Positions 26,880-41,665 of a stretch of 64,000 bases of DNA are shown piece after piece. A program made the translations under genes and the position numbers. The stretch's first letter is position 1. The number at the start of each line of letters is the position of its first letter. Below the pieces are notes generated by a model, which was not told the DNA's origin, searched no databases, and saw only the letters and a program-made list of their open reading frames with translations. This DNA comes from Squalus acanthias. Taxonomy: Eukaryota. The DNA is taken from NCBI GenBank assembly GCA_030390025.1, contig JASTWF010000070.1, positions 1,240,001 through 1,304,000 of the forward strand. Reading direction: 5' to 3'.

Positions 26880-29800
26880 CTGTGTGAGGAGGGAGAGAAA
26901 ATTCATTAGTTTATGGAATCCGTCAGCAGTGGGACACTCTGATCTGAAATCAAAGACACCAAAGAACCCCGAACAACATGCACTTTAAAATAAATTACTG
27001 ATTAATACAGGAGTTCCAATAAATTCTTCAATCTCTAATTCCTCTCCTCCTCTGCCAATTCTTGTCCCGACATTACAACAGTGACTTGGTTCAAAATTAT
27101 TTCATTGTTTGTAAAGCGCTTTGGGACGTCCTGAGGTCGTGAAAGTAGCTGTAGAAATACAAGTCTTTCTTTCTTTCTTGTAAAATAGCACAGAAAATGC
27201 AGAAATACAGACCGGGTCAGTCAGCATGTGTGAGCTGGAAAGATCAGTAACTGACCAGTTCAGGTGCAGGTTACACCCCCGAAACCGCACTAACCTGTCT
27301 GTTCCCCTTACAGACACTGACCGACCGGCCGTGTATTCCCAGCATTTGCTGTTTTTATTTGAATTTCTATAATTGCAGTTTTTTCCCTTTTTACTTGAAT
27401 ATAATAAAGCGTTTGATTGTCTTAAAATGCGGTCAGTGTTAACATTAAAGAGGTGAATTCACGGAGCTGTGACCCGCTTTTCACCGAGAGTCCACATATG
27501 TTCTGATATCTCAAACTGATGCAGCCCTTTCAAAGAGCCGCCACAGGCACGATGGTCCGAATGGCCTCCTTCTGTCCTGCATCATTGCATAAGATTCGGG
27601 AAAAAAATATATACAATTTTTTTAGAATTGCGTGTTAGAAACTGATCCGCTTTAAATGTTGCGGCAATTGAGCCGGGTCTGTTACCGGGTATTGAAGAGC
27701 TCACTGAATAAAGAGAGGACATTGTACACTAGCTGGAAATTGATGGAGTGACTCTGCCTAACAATATTGTAAATTATTTACATAGAATTACACAGAATAT
27801 TCAGCACAGAAACAGTTCATTCGGCGCAACCAGTCCATGCCGGTGTTTATGATCCACTCGAGCCTCCTCCCATACTTCCACATCTAACTCTATCAGCATA
27901 ACCCTCTATTCCTTTCTCCCTCGTGTGCTTATCTAGCTTCCCCTTAAATGCATCGATACTATTCGCCTCAACCACTCCCTGTGGTAGCGAGATCCACATT
28001 CTCCCCACTCTCTGGGTAAAGAATTTTATACTGAATTCCCTGTTGGATTTCTTGGTGACTATCTTATATTGATGGCTCCTAGTTATTATCTTCCCCACAA
28101 GTGGAAACACTCTCTCTGCAGCTACTCTATCAAAAGCTTTCATTATTTTAAAAACCTCTATTCGGTCACTCCTCAGCCTTCTCTTTGATGAAGGGTTTTC
28201 ACGTTTTAATATTTCTAGTAAAGGGGGAACAAGGATTGTAAAAGTTACTCGCTGCAGAGGCAAGCAACGATTCTTCCCCGCGCGGGTGAACTGATTTCTC
28301 TCTCGGGATCAGGTCAGTCTCGCTGGTCCCGGAGCGATCCGTTCAACACTGGGCAGTAGCGGGACCCGACAGATCAACCCAGGAGAATCGGCGCTATCCC
28401 CGGGGGGACACTGGACAGGGAGAGTCAGCAGACACAGTCTGGGGGACGGGAGAGGGTCAGCAGCGAGAGAATGAGATGGAGAGAAAGTTCCCTTCAACAA
28501 CCATCACCCAGTCTCAATCACACACACGGGCCTGGTCAGTAATTGTCACTGCGCCGCTCCATGGCAAAGCGGCGGTTCTGCTCCATAAACAGCGGGGAGA
28601 TTGCGAATAATAAACTCAGACAGATTAAATATCGGAACAGGAAATTCAGATCCCGTCAAACGAATACAATCCCGACTAGTCCCGGTGTTGCTGGCGACAG
28701 GGAGTCGATCCAACCGGTTGTGTGCTGGGACAGCGGGTCTCGGGAGGGTCCTCTCTGTCTCCCAGCCCAGAGCCGGACACCCGACGGCTGCGGTCAGGGG
28801 CACAATACGCCACAGGAATAAAACCAGCAAGCAACATTGAAAGTTGCAAATGACGGTAATTGGGTTGGGATTCCCCCGGGGGCTCGCCCACCGGCTCCGG
28901 GCAATCTATTTAAAATCGGACGGTGTCGACTCTGGACAATAGGAATAATTCCACATACACAAAGATAATAAGTAAGGAACAGCATAGAATCATACAGCAC
29001 AGAAGGAGGCCATTCGGCCCATCGTGCCTGTGCCGGCTCTTTGAAAGAGCTCTCCCATTAGTCCCACTCCGCTGCTCTTTCCCCATAACCCTGCAATTTT
29101 CTCCCTTAAAGTCTCAGTGTAACACAGTGACATATTCAGTGTCCACTGTCAGAACTTCACAGTGTCGCTCACAACTTTCCTCTCTCTCTCTGTCTCTTGC
29201 TGCACCCGAATGATACCGGGGCTAAGAGGGTTAAATTACGAGGACGGGTTGCATAAACTTGGCTTGTATTCCTTTGAGTTTAGAAGATTCAGGGGTGAAC
29301 TGATCGAGGTGTTTAAAATTCGAAAAAGGATTCGATCGGGTAAAAACAGAGAAACGATTTCATCCGGTGGGGGAATCAAGAACCAGGGGAGTGCAATTAA
29401 AATTAGAGCCCGTCCATTGAGGAGGGAAGCACTTTTTCACACAGGCTCGAGTGGCTGAATGGCCTCCTCCTGTACCTATGTCACTATTTTATCAATCAGT
29501 GCCACTCTAAGGACATTCAGCCCATCGTGCCTCTGCCGGCTCTTTGAATAGAGCTCTCCAATTATTCCCACTCCCCTGCTCTTTCCCCAAAGTTCTGCAT
29601 TTATCCTTTTCAAGTATTTCTCCAATTCCCTTTTGAAAGTTACTATTCAATCTGCTTCCACCGCCCTTTCATGCAGCGCATTCCAGATCACAGCAACTCG
29701 CTGCGTAAAAAGAACACTTCTCATCATCTCCCCCATTGAATGGGAGCAGGAAATGGTGTCAAACCTCATTTCAGCGCAGTATTATTCCCCGAGGCGCTTC

Positions 29801-29959
29801 AACAATGCCAATTCTGACCAGTTTACCATTTTTTGTTTGTAAATAGATCCAACATCAAAATTCACTGAATGGAGATTTCTCTGGCGCGCGGGAGTGAAAG
29901 CGACTGTAAATTAATAATGATTGAAACAATGTGAATGATAGAATGAGAGAGTCACTTAC

Positions 29960-30313
29960 TCTTTACACTCAGGACGGTCCCCGGTCCGAAGATGTATCCC
30001 GAGTCGTACACAGCACAGTAATAGACGGCGGAGTCACCGGGCACCAGGGTTCCGATGGTCAGAATGTAACTGTTACCGGAGGCGTCTCTGGAAGGTTGAA
30101 AGCGGTCTGTGAAGCCGGTGCCTCGGTATATATCATCATCTGTATCATGCTCTAGCACCCAGACCGGAGCTTCCCCGGGTCGCTGTTGGTACCAGTTCAC
30201 ATCATTGCTGCCCACAGCCCCGTTCTGCAGCGCACAGTGTAACCGGGCGGTCTGACCCGCGGAGACAGGATCGGATATTGGGGACTGATTGAGGACGGGA
30301 GCCGCCAGGACAC
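29960..30313 (-). CDS. germline-joined VJ exon, cluster 3 (CDR3 CAVYDSGYIF)
   Basis: open 354-nt exon, canonical splice sites, V fused to FGPGTVLSVK. Confidence 0.96.
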
Positions 30314-30465
30314 CTTCAATAAAAGAAAAAAATCAACACATTCAGAGACTTGGAGCAAAGAGGACGTTAATGCTTCAATAAACACGGAGAGAAAACCGCC
30401 CGATTCTCGGTACTGGACCGATTTAGTTGCGGATAAACCCGTGACTAAAACCATCCGTCTCTCAC

Positions 30466-30514
30466 CTGTTAAATGGATCAGCAGAACCAACAGGAGATGC
30501 ATCGCTGTAGCCAT
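30466..30514 (-). CDS. leader exon, cluster 3 (MATAMHLLLVLLIHLTG)
   Basis: 49 nt, GTGAG donor. Confidence 0.92.
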
Positions 30515-30632
30515 TTCCTCCGGAGAAGCGCCAACAGCCACCGCTCAAAATTTCCGACTGAACCGTGCGCTGTTCCTGTAAACTCCGGGTCCCGGTCCGG
30601 TTACAGTGTCTGCAAACCCGAGACTCCGGGTC

Positions 30633-30655
30633 TATTTATTACCCGGTATGCAAAT
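30633..30655 (-). promoter_or_regulatory. octamer + TATA-like V promoter, cluster 3
   Basis: ATGCAAAT at 30648-30655. Confidence 0.9.
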
Positions 30656-32950
30656 GACTGGGAGGGGCCAGGAAAAGGAAGGAGGCAGAATTTTAATTCG
30701 GGATTCTTATTTAAATCTAATTCTGTCTGACTAAATTATTACTATCTTAAACTTTTAATATACAAATATTTACTTTCCAATTGGAGTTTCTGTTAAGGGA
30801 AGGTTCCAAGATAACGAAGATTTTTGCGATAATGAATATTTAGTCTGTGTTGTACCCCAGAAAAATGAGGGGCGGATTGTGGAGATACGGATCAGCTGAT
30901 GCACTTCGGCCGGAATCGTTCTGATAACGCGCTGTTACTCTCTGATATACTGCATCAGATTTTAAAATAATCTTTTCCCCCTATAATCAATATTTCAGAA
31001 TAGACTGACGTCCCTTTCTCTAAATCAGCAGCAAGACAACCCTGGATTTGTCAATCCCTTTAAAATTGGGATTTCAATTCACAAATATGATATGGGATTC
31101 AGTCGGTAAATACAATTCTGATGAGAATATTGATGAGGCGGAGTAAAGAGCGAATTGGATGAATGAGAAAGAGGGGAAGAAAGCGGCATTTTACAGCCTG
31201 CCCCGGATTAAAGAGAAGTTGTTCTGTTATAGGCTGAGTCATCCCCTTTAAAACTCAGGAGCGCCAATAAAACTCGGCAGAATATTAATAAAATGACACC
31301 TTGCCTTTAATTTCCTGCGGGTCCGATTAACGCGCGCAGTTCCCGTTTTAAACCGTGTTCCAGTTGAATTATTAAGCGGCGGGGTCAGTTGTTTCTGGGG
31401 CTCTGTGATGTTGAACACTTCCCCTGTTTGGAGTCAATCCCTAACTCCCCACAATGAGTCTTGGTTCATGTTTTTAAAAGTCAGCTTGAAACTGGTTAGT
31501 GTCAGTTACTTGAGGGCGAAATAAACATGCATTAAATTGTTAATAATTGGGTTGTCTCGAGATATTAGCGTCAAAGGAATAATATTTTTTGTTTATTAAA
31601 TATCTGAAATGTGTAACAGTGAAGTTGGATATTCCCCTGTTCCTTAGTAAAACAGACTGAGCGGCCGGAGGGATTCTCGCCCCCTGGAGTAGCGGCACTG
31701 AATTCGGGCAGGGATTGGTTCTCACCTGGACAAGGAGCTTTTCAGTAAAGCCCAGGTGCTTGGTTCTGTTTCTGCGCTTGAACTGATCACTGATTCCTCT
31801 GCTCTGTTAGAATTATTAAAGGGGCTTTGGTGCTGTGACTGGAGCTGCTCTCTCAACCTTCCACAGGTCCCCAGAGCTTTGTCACTGGAGAACCAATCAT
31901 TGTAGAGCACTGGCCACACCGCGCACTGCACCTTGGGAACTGTAGTTCCATATTGGGCAATACATAAGATCAGCGTGCCTATTGACACCACTGTGTCAGC
32001 TCTACCTCACCACGACTTCTCTCGACTCCATCACTGTCTCCAAATTTTCACACCGCTTGTCCGACATCCAGCACTGGATGAGCAGAAATTTCCTGCAACG
32101 AAATTTTGAGAAGACCGATGCCATTCTCTTCAGTCTCCGCCACAAGTTCCATTCCCTCACCACCAACTCCATCCCTCTCCCTGGGAACTGTCTGAGTCTG
32201 ATACAGACTGTTGGCAACCATGATGTCATATCTGCCATAACTAAGACAGCCTATTTCCACCTCAATAACATCGCCCGACTCTACCGTGCCTCAGCTCATC
32301 ATCTGCTGAAACCATCATGCGCAACGTTTTTAGCTCATGTCTTTACTATATCGTACCCTCTGTAAACTTGAGACTATGCAAAACATGCACCAAGACCCTT
32401 CACCCCTATGCGCGCTGACCTACATTGGCTCCCGGTTACATAACACCTCATTTTTATATGATCATTCTTGTCTTCAAATCCGTCCATGGCCTCACCCCTC
32501 CCTGTCTCTGTCATCTCCTCCACCCCTGCAACATTCTGAGATATCTGCGTTCCTCCAATTCTGGTCTCTTGCGCATCACTCCACCATTGGAGGCAGTGCT
32601 TTCAGCTGGCTAGGCCCTAAGCTCTGGACCTCCCTCGCTGCATCTCTCTGCTTCTCTACCTCTCTTTCCGCCTTTAAGACACTCCTTAAAACCTGCCTCT
32701 TTGATCAAGCTTTTGGTCTTCCGCCCTAATATCTCCTTATGTGGCTCGGTGTCAAAGTTTTTCATAACACTCCTGTGAAGTAACTTTGGACGTTTTACTA
32801 CATTAAAGGTGCTATATGAATACAAGTTGTTGTTGTTGCAGGTGGGGCGGGACTTTAGTCAGGATTTACATAGAACAGTTTACCTTACAGCAAACAAACT
32901 CGATTTATTCAGCAAACCGAGTCTATTTAAGCAGCGCATGACAGCAAACA

Positions 32951-33230
32951 CGCAACGTGATAGTTTCCAGAGAATCTGTTTTAGTGATGCTGGTTGAGGG
33001 ATAAATTTTAACCAGGTGAACCCCAGCTCTTCTTCGAAATAGTGCCCGTGGTATATTTTACGTCCACCCGAGAGAGCAGACGGGGCCTCGGTTCAACATC
33101 TCATCCGAAAGGCGGCACCTCCGACAGTGCAGCGCTCCCTCAGTACTGGCACTGGGTTATCAGCCTGGTTTATGTGCTCAAGCCTCGGAAGTGGGAATTG
33201 ACACCCACAACCATCTGACTCAGAGGCGAG
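32951..33230 (-). mobile_element. Deu-domain (SacSINE1-like) SINE body
   Basis: reverse complement reads ctcgcctctgagtcag..gtactgagggagcgctgcactgtcggaggtgccgcctttcggatgag.. Confidence 0.7.
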
Positions 33231-33966
33231 CAGGAGAGGTAGTTATATTCTGTAACTGCTGAATTGCACACTCTCCAAACAGAGATTTTAACCACAAGGC
33301 CATTTGAGGACAGAAGAACCACTACTGAACCGACCATAATTGGGAAGGCCTGAACCCCTCCGATGATACCTGGGAGAAGTTTTCTAAAAATTGTTCTTGT
33401 GAATAAAATGCAATCCACAATAAATGAATGTCTATCGGTATCTGTACGCGTGTGTTTAAAGACAATCTACACCTTGTGCAATAGAAAGTGTTGCAGAAAT
33501 CTATTCTATTCCACAATTTGAGAAATATCCAGTAATGGCACATTGCAGTAAGTCGAAAGTATATCAAGTATGACTGGAATTGTTAGTAACCATGTTCTGC
33601 TGGAGCTTGCTTGATGGTGTGAAGGAGTTGAGGAGAAATTTCCAGAGATCTTTCCTTTGGAAATTCATTATTTAGCATCACTGACGGTTGTAAAGGGAGG
33701 CTTACATCCAATGGATATGGTTAGCATTCATTAACTGATGGCCGAAACACATCTTTCTATTAATTCATGATGGTTTTGTGTGTAACCATTACTTGCATTT
33801 AATTGAAAAATTGTTATCGCGAACATTCTTGATTGAATAATGCTTATTCCCCAATTTTTGTTTCTAAAATCATGATTAAGTTTTTAGATGTGTGTGAATC
33901 ACAATATCAAAGCAAAATGTTAAACTATGTCTCATTGTACTTCCTGTGCATGTTCGTTGTGCTATC

Positions 33967-34088
33967 AGAGAGAAAGAGAAAGACAGAGAGAGAGACAGAG
34001 AGAGGGAGAAAGAGTGAGACAGAGAGAGAGAGAGAGGGAGAGAGACAGAGAAAGAGAGAGTCAGAGCGACACAGTGAGAGAGGGAGAG
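33967..34088. repeat. (AG)n-rich microsatellite
   Basis: agagagag/acagag runs. Confidence 0.9.
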
Positions 34089-35410
34089 TTGCTGTAGTTT
34101 GCGTCAGGAATTCTATTTGTTGCAGTTCCTGCAGACTCTTTTTAAATAGACTCTGTAGACGGTTTGCTTGACTGCGCTGCTTAATTAAACTCTGTTTGCT
34201 GAGCAAATAATGTTTGTTTGCTGTAAAATAGGCTGTTGGCTGTGAGTCCTGCCTTAAGTCCCGATCCAACTCCAACAACAACAACAACTGGTGTTTATAC
34301 AGCGCTTTTAACGTAGTAAATGTCGCAAGGTGCTTCACAAGAGCGTTTTCAGAAAGAATTTACTCCAAGCCACGTAAGAACTAACGATATATTAGGGCAG
34401 TTAACCAAAAGCTTGGTCAAAGAGGTAGGTTTTAAGGAGCGTGTTAGAGGAGGAGAGAGAGATAGGGAGTTGGAGAGGTTCAGGGAGGGATTTCCAGAGC
34501 TTAGGGCACAGGCAACTGAAAGCACAGCCGGCAATGGTTGAGAGATTTTAATTGGGGATGTCGAATAGGCCAGAAATAGAGGAGCACAGATATCTCGGAG
34601 GGTTGTGGGACTGGAGGAAATTACAGAGATAGGGATAGTGAGGCCATGGAGGAATTTGAAAACAAGGATGAGACATTTAAAATCGAGGTGTTGCCTAAAT
34701 GGGAGCTAATGAAAGTCCGCGAGCACAAGGGTGATGATTCAATAGGTATTGGTTAGAATTAGGACACGGGCAGCCGAGTTTCAGATGAACTCAAGTTTAA
34801 GTAGGCTGGAATGTGGGAGGCCGGCCAGAAGTGCTTTGGAATAGTCAAGTCTAGAGGTCACAAAGGCACGGATGAGGGTTTCAGCCACAGATGAGCTGAG
34901 GCAAGGCCGGTGATGGGCGATGTCACAGAGGTGGAAATAGGCAGTCTTAGTTATGGTGCGGTTATGTGGTCCGAAGATCATCTCAGGGTCAGATATGACA
35001 ACAAGGTTGTGAACAGTCTGGTTCTGCCAGGGAGAGGGATGGAGTCCATGGCAAGGGAGCGGAATTTGTGCCGGGCACCGAAGACAGTGGCTTCGGTCTT
35101 CCCAATATTTAGTTGGTGTAATTAAATTTCTGTTCATCCAGTGCTGGATGTTGGACAAGCAGTGTGACAATTTAGAGAGAGTGGATGGGTCGAGAGAGGT
35201 GGTGGTGAGGTAGATCTGACACAGTGGTGTCAATAGACGCGCTGACTTGGCTATTGGCCATAGAAACATAGGAACATAGAAACATAGGAGCAGGAGTAGG
35301 CCAATCGGCCCCTCGAGCCTCCTCTTCCATTCAATATCATCATGGCTGATCTTCCATCTCAATACCATATTCCCGCTCTCACCCCATACCCTTTGATGCC
35401 TTTTGTGTCT

Positions 35411-38400
35411 CGAGAGCGGCGGCGGACCTGCGGGGAACCAGGCGGGGGCTGCGGCGAGGTTTAAGAGGCGGCAGAGACCTGGTAGGCCTCAGAGCGGCGG
35501 CGGACCTGCGGGGAACCAGTCGGCGGCGGCGGCGAGGTTTAACAGGCGGCAGAGACCAGGTGGGTTTACCAATCTCCGAGCTCGGAGGGAGAGAAGTAAA
35601 AAGTAATCGAAGTGTGACGTCACCAGAAAGCAGGTACGTGATTGGTTGGTGAGTATTTCTCTCGTTTTAAACTTAAACTCTGTGGTTTATAGTTTCTAAG
35701 CTCTCTGTGGTGTATCGGGGACTGTTGGTAAACCAGGGCCCTTAAGTATATCATTTAACTGTAGTGCAATTGGTGGGATTGATTTGTTTTAATTTAATTT
35801 GAATTAATTAAAGGGTAAGTCATGGCAGGAGAGCTCGGCCCCGTGGTATGCTCCTCCTGTGCTATTTCGGAAATCAGGGTCACTTCCGGTGTCCTTGACA
35901 TCCATGTGTGCGGGAAGTGTATCCAGCTACAGCTACTGACAGACCGCATTACGGCGCTGGAGCTGCGATTGGATGCGTATTGGAGCATTCACGATGCTGA
36001 GAACCTCGTGAATAGCACGTTTAGCGAGTTGGTAACACCGCAGGCAAAGGGTGTACAGGCAGGAAGTAAATGGGTGACCACCAGGCAGAGTAAGAGGTAC
36101 AGGCAGGTAGTGCAGGGGTCCCCTGTGGACATCCCCCTCTCAAATAGATATACCACTTTGAATACTATTGGGGGGGATGACGTATCAGGGGAAGGCAGCA
36201 GCAGCCAACTTCCTGGCACCATGGGTGGCTCTGCTGCACAGGCTGGGAGGAAAAAGAGTGGAAGAGCTATAGTGATAGGGGACTCAATTGTAAGGGGAAT
36301 AGATAGGCATTTCTGCAGCCGCACCGAGACTCCAGGATGGTGTGTTGCCTCCCTGGTGCAAAGGTCAAGGACGTCTCGGAGCGGCTACAGAACATTTTGG
36401 AGGGGGAGGGCGTACAGTCAGCTGTCGTGGTGCACATAGGTACCAACGATATAGGTAAAAAAGGTGATGAGGTCCTAAAAGCAGAATATAGGGAGTTAGG
36501 AGGTAAATTAAAAAATAGGACCTCAAAGGTAGTAATCTCAGGATTGCTACAAGTGCCACGTGCTAGTCAGAGTAGAAATAGGAGGATATTTCAAATGAAT
36601 ACGTGGCTAGAGGAATGGTGCAAGGGGGAGGGATTCAAATTCCTGGGACATTGGAACCGGTTCTGTGGGAGGTGGGACCAGTACAAACCGGACGGTCTGC
36701 ACCTGGGCAGGGCCGGATCCGCTGTCCTAGGGGGAGTGTTTGCTAGTGCTGTTGGGGAGGGTTTAAACTGAAGTGGCAGGGGGTTGGGCACCGGAGCAGG
36801 GAAACAGAGGAAAGCGTGTCAGGAAGGGACAGAAGGTATGGAGTAAAAGGTAAAGTGTTAAAAAAGGAAAAAGCAGGAAGTAAGTGTCACAAAACATATT
36901 TGAAAGTTCTTTATCTGAATGCACGTAGCATTCGTAACAAAATGGGCGAGTTAACGGCACAAATAACTACGTATGGGTATGATCTTGTGGCCATTACAGA
37001 AACATGGCTGCAGGATGACAACGACTGGGACTAAATATGCCAGGGTATTTAACAATCAGGAAGGACAGGCAGGAAGGAAGGGGTGGTGGGGTGGCTATGT
37101 TAATAAAGGAAGGAATCACTGTAATACAGAGAAATTATATTGGGTCAAAGGATCAGGATAATGAAACCGTTTGGGTGGAGATAAGGAATAACAAGGGAAA
37201 AAAAAACACTAGTGGGAGTAGTATATAGGCCTCCTAATAGTTGCAACTCTGCTGGAAGAAGTATTAATCAGGAAATAGTTGGTGCATGTAATAAGGGACC
37301 AGCTATAATTATGGGGGATTTTAACTATCATATTAACTGGACAAATAAAATTGGGCAGGGCAGCCTTGAGGAAGAGTTTTTTTGAGTGTATTAGGGATGG
37401 ATTTCTTGAGCAGTATGTAACTGATCCTACAAGGGGGCAAGCAACCTTGGACCTGGTCCTGTGTAATGAGTCAGGATTAATTAATAATGTCCTAGTTAAG
37501 GATACCCTTGGAATGAGTGACCATAACATGGTTGAATTCCATATCCAATTAGAGGGTGAGAAGGTTGGTTCTCAAATAAGCGTACTGAGCTTGAATAAAG
37601 GAGACTATGATGGTATGAGAGCGGAATTAATTAATGTGGACTGGGAAAATAGATTAAAGGGTAAGACTTAACATGAGCAGTGGTGTTCATTTAAGGAGAT
37701 ATTTTACAACTTTCAAAAGAAATATATTCCACTGAGGAAAAAAGGGTGTAAAAGAAATGACAGCCATCCGTGGCTAAGTAAAGAAATTAAGGATAGTATC
37801 CGACTGAAAACAAGGACATATAAGGTAGCCAAACTTAATGGGAGGATAGAGGATTGGGAAGTCTTCAAAAGACAGCAAAAAGTAACTAAAGGATTGATTA
37901 AGAAAGGGAAGATAGATTATGAAAATAAATTAGCAAAAAATATAAAAGCAGATAGCAAGAGTTTCTATAGTTATATAAAAAGAAAAAGGGTGGCTAAGGC
38001 AAACGTAGGTCCCTTAGAGGATGAGACCGGGAAATTAATGGTGGGAAACATGGAGATGGCAAAAATGCTGAACAAATATTTTGTTTCAGTCTTTACGGTA
38101 GAGGACACTAAGAATATCCCAACACTGGACAAACAGGGGGCTCTAGGGGGGGAGGAGCTGAATATGATTAAAATCACTAAGGAATTGGTACTCAGTAAAA
38201 TAATGAGACTCAAGGCGGATAAATCCCCTGGACCTGATGGCTTACATCCTAGGGTCTTGAGGGAAGTGGCAGTAGGGATTCTGGATGCTTTGGTTATTAT
38301 TTTCCAAAATTCCCTGGACTCAGCAAAGGTCCCGGCAGATTGGAAAACTGCTAATGTAACACCCTTATTTAAAAAGGGTAGTAGGCAGAAGGCTGGAAAT

Positions 38401-39905
38401 TATAGAGCAGTTAGCCTAACATCTGTGGTGGGTAAAATTTTGGAGTCTATTATTAAGGAGGCAGTAACAGAACATTTAGATAAACATAATTTAATAGGAC
38501 AAAGTCAGCATGGCTTTATGAAGGGGAAGTCATGTCTGACAAATTTGCTTGAGTTCTTTGAGGACATAATGTACAGGGTGGATAAAGGGGAACCAGTGGA
38601 CGTAGTGTACTTAGACTTCCAGAAGGCATTCGACAAGGTGCCACATAAAAGATTATTGCTCAAGATAAAAAAATACTGGATTGGGGGTAATATTCTGGCA
38701 TGGGTGGAGGATTGGTTATCTAACAGGAAGCAGAGAGTTGGGATAAATGGTTCATTCTCAGACTGGCAACCAGTAGCCAGTGGTGTTCCGCAGGGGTCGG
38801 TGCTGGGTCCCCAACTCTTTACAATCTATATTAACTATTTGGAGGAGGGGACCGAGTGTAACATATCAAAGTTTGCAGATGCTACAAAGATGGGAGGGAA
38901 AGTAGAAAGTAAGGAGGACATAAAAAACCTACAAGGGGATATAGACAGGCTGGGTGAGTGGTCGGAGATTTGGCAGATGCAATGCAATATTGGAAAATGT
39001 GACGTTATGCACTTTGGCAGGAAAAATCAGAGAGCAAGTAATTATGTTAATAGCGAGAAACTGGAAAGTACTGCAGTACAAAGGGATCTGGGGGTCCTAG
39101 TGCAAGAAAATCAAAAAGTTAGTATGCAGGTGCAGCAGTTGATCAAGAAGACCAACGGAATGTTGGCTTTTATTGCTAGGGGGATAGATTATAAAAACAG
39201 GGAGGTATTGCTGCAGTTATATAAGGTATTGGTGAGACCGCACCTGGAATACTGCGTACAGTTTTGGTGTCCATACTTAAGAAAAGACATACTTGCTCTC
39301 GAGGCAGTACAAAGAAGGTTCACTCGGTTAATCCCGGGGATGAGGGGGTGGACATATGAGGAGAGGTTGAGTAGATTGGGACTCTACTCATTGGAGTTCA
39401 GAAGAATGAGAGGCGATCTTATTGAAACATATAAGATTGTGAAGGGGCTTGATCGGGTGGATGCGGTAAGGATGTTCCCAAGGATGGGTGAAACTAGAAC
39501 TAGGGGGCATAATCTTAGAATAAGGGGCTGCTCTTTCAAAACTGAGATGAGGAGAAACATCTTCACTCAGAGGGTAGTAGGTCTGTGGAATTTGCTGCCC
39601 CAGGAAGCTGTGGAAGCTACATCATTAAATAAATTTAAAACAGATATAGATAGTTTCCTGGAGGTAAAGGGAATTAGTGGTTACGGTGAGCGGGCAGGAA
39701 ATTGGACATGAGGCTGAGTCCGGATCGGTCAGGGCCCTGTGGGTGGCAGAGCGGGCCCAGGGGCTGAGTAGCCGGGTCCTGCTCCTACTTCTTGTGTTCT
39801 TTAGATTTGAGGTTAGGATCAGATCAGCCATGATCATATTGAATGGCGGAGCAGGCTCGAGGGGCCGATTGTCCTACTCCTGCTCCTATTTCTTATTTCC
39901 TTCTT
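35411..39905 (+). mobile_element. full-length but inactivated CR1 LINE
   Basis: GC-rich 5'UTR with a 78-bp tandem repeat; ORF1 35822-36771 (CxxC..CxxC, SGNH GDS/GTND/DGLH, frameshifted); broken endonuclease; RT ORF 37894-39711 with FADD changed to FADA. Confidence 0.95.
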
Positions 39906-41359
39906 AAGTATAATCAGTGACTTGGACTCCACAGCTGTCTGTGGTAGAGAATTCCACAGGTTCATCACCCTCGGAGTGAAGAAATTTCTCCTCATCTCAG
40001 TCCTAAATGTCCTACCCCGTATCCTGAGACTGTGACCCCTCGTTCAAGACCTCCCAGCCAGGGTAAACATCCTCCCTGCATCCAGTCTGTCTAGCCCTGT
40101 CAGAATTTTATACGTTTCAATGAGATCCCCTCTCATTCTTCTAAACTCTAGTGAATACAGGCCTACTCGACCCAATCTCTTCTCACACGACAGTCCTGCC
40201 ATCCCAGGAATCAGTCTGGTGAACCTTCGCTGCACTCCCTCTATGGCAAGTATATCCTTTCTTAGGCAAGGAGACCAAAACTGCACACAGTACTCCAGGT
40301 GTGGTCTCACCAAGGCCCTGTATAACTGTAGTAAGACATCCTTGTTCCTTTACTCAAATCCTCTTGCAATGAAGGCCAACATACCATTTCCCTCTCTAAC
40401 TGCTTGCTGCACCTGCATGTTTGCTTTCAGTTACTGGTGTACAAGGACATCCAGGTCCCTTTGTACATCAACATTTCCCAATCTATCACCATTTAAATGA
40501 TACTCTGCCTTTCTGTTTTTCCTACCGAAGTGCATAACTTCACATTTATCCACCTGCATCTGCCATGTATTTGCCCACTCACTCAACTTGTCTAAATCGC
40601 CTTGAAGCCTCTTTGCATCCTCCTCACAACTCACAATCCCACCTAGTTTCGTGTCGTCAGCATACTTGGAAATATTACATTTGATTCCCTCATCCAAATC
40701 ATTGATATATATATTGTGAATAGCTAGGCCCCAAGCACTGATCCCTGCGGTACCCCACTAGTCACTGCCTGCCACCCCAAAAAAGACCCATTTATTCCTA
40801 CTCTCTGATTCCTCTCTGTTAACCAATTTTCTATCCATGCCAGTATATTACCCCTAATCCCTCGTGCTTTAATTCTGCACACATTAGCTCTTATGTGAGA
40901 CTCTATCAAAGGCCTTCTGAAAATCCAAATACACCACATCCACTGGTTCTCCCTTATCTATTCTACCAGTTACATCCTCAAAAACCTGCAATAGAATATC
41001 CCTTTCATAAATCCATGTTGACTTTGTCTAATCCCATTGATATTTTCTAAGTGTCCTGTTATCACATCCTTTATAATAGACTCTAGCATTTTCCCTACTA
41101 ATGATGTTAGGCTAACCGATCTGTAGTTCCCGGTTTTCTCTCTCCCTTCTTTTTTAAATAGTGGGGTTACATTTGCCACCCCCCCAATCTGCAGGAGCTG
41201 TTCCATAATCTATAGAATTTTGGAAGATGACAAACAACGCATCCACTATTTCCATGGCTACCTCTTTTAGCACTCTGGGATGCAAATTATCAGCCCCTGG
41301 AGATTTATCAGCTTTCAGTCCCATTAATTTCCCCAGCGCCATTATTTTACGAATATTAA

Positions 41360-41665
41360 CACGGTGGCATAGTGGTTAGCACTGTTGCCTCACAGCGCCA
41401 GGGAGTCGGGTTCGAATCCAGCCTCGGGTGACTGTCTGTGTGGAGTTTGCACATTCTCCCCGTGTCTGCGTGGGTTTCCTCCGGGTGCTCCGGTTTCCTC
41501 CCACAGTCCAAAGATGTGCGGGTTAGTTTGATTTGGCTATGATAAATTGACCCTCAGTGTTAGGGGGGATTAAATAAGTGGGGTTACGGGGATAGGGTGG
41601 GATATGTGTCGGTGCAGGATAGATGGGCCGAAATGGCCTCTATCTGCATTGTGGGATTCTGTGAT
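41360..41665 (+). mobile_element. tRNA-derived V-SINE (HE1-like)
   Basis: A box TGGCATAGTGG, B box GGTTCGAATCC, V-domain gtggagtttgcacattctccccgtgtctgcgtgggtttcctccgggtgctccgg. Confidence 0.88.

Noticed and set aside
37894-39711. 605-aa ORF as a host gene or active RT
   Set aside because: It is CR1 ORF2 with a broken endonuclease and an FADD>FADA change.
41360-41425. tRNA gene
   Set aside because: The A/B boxes are the head of a V-SINE and continue into the V-domain.
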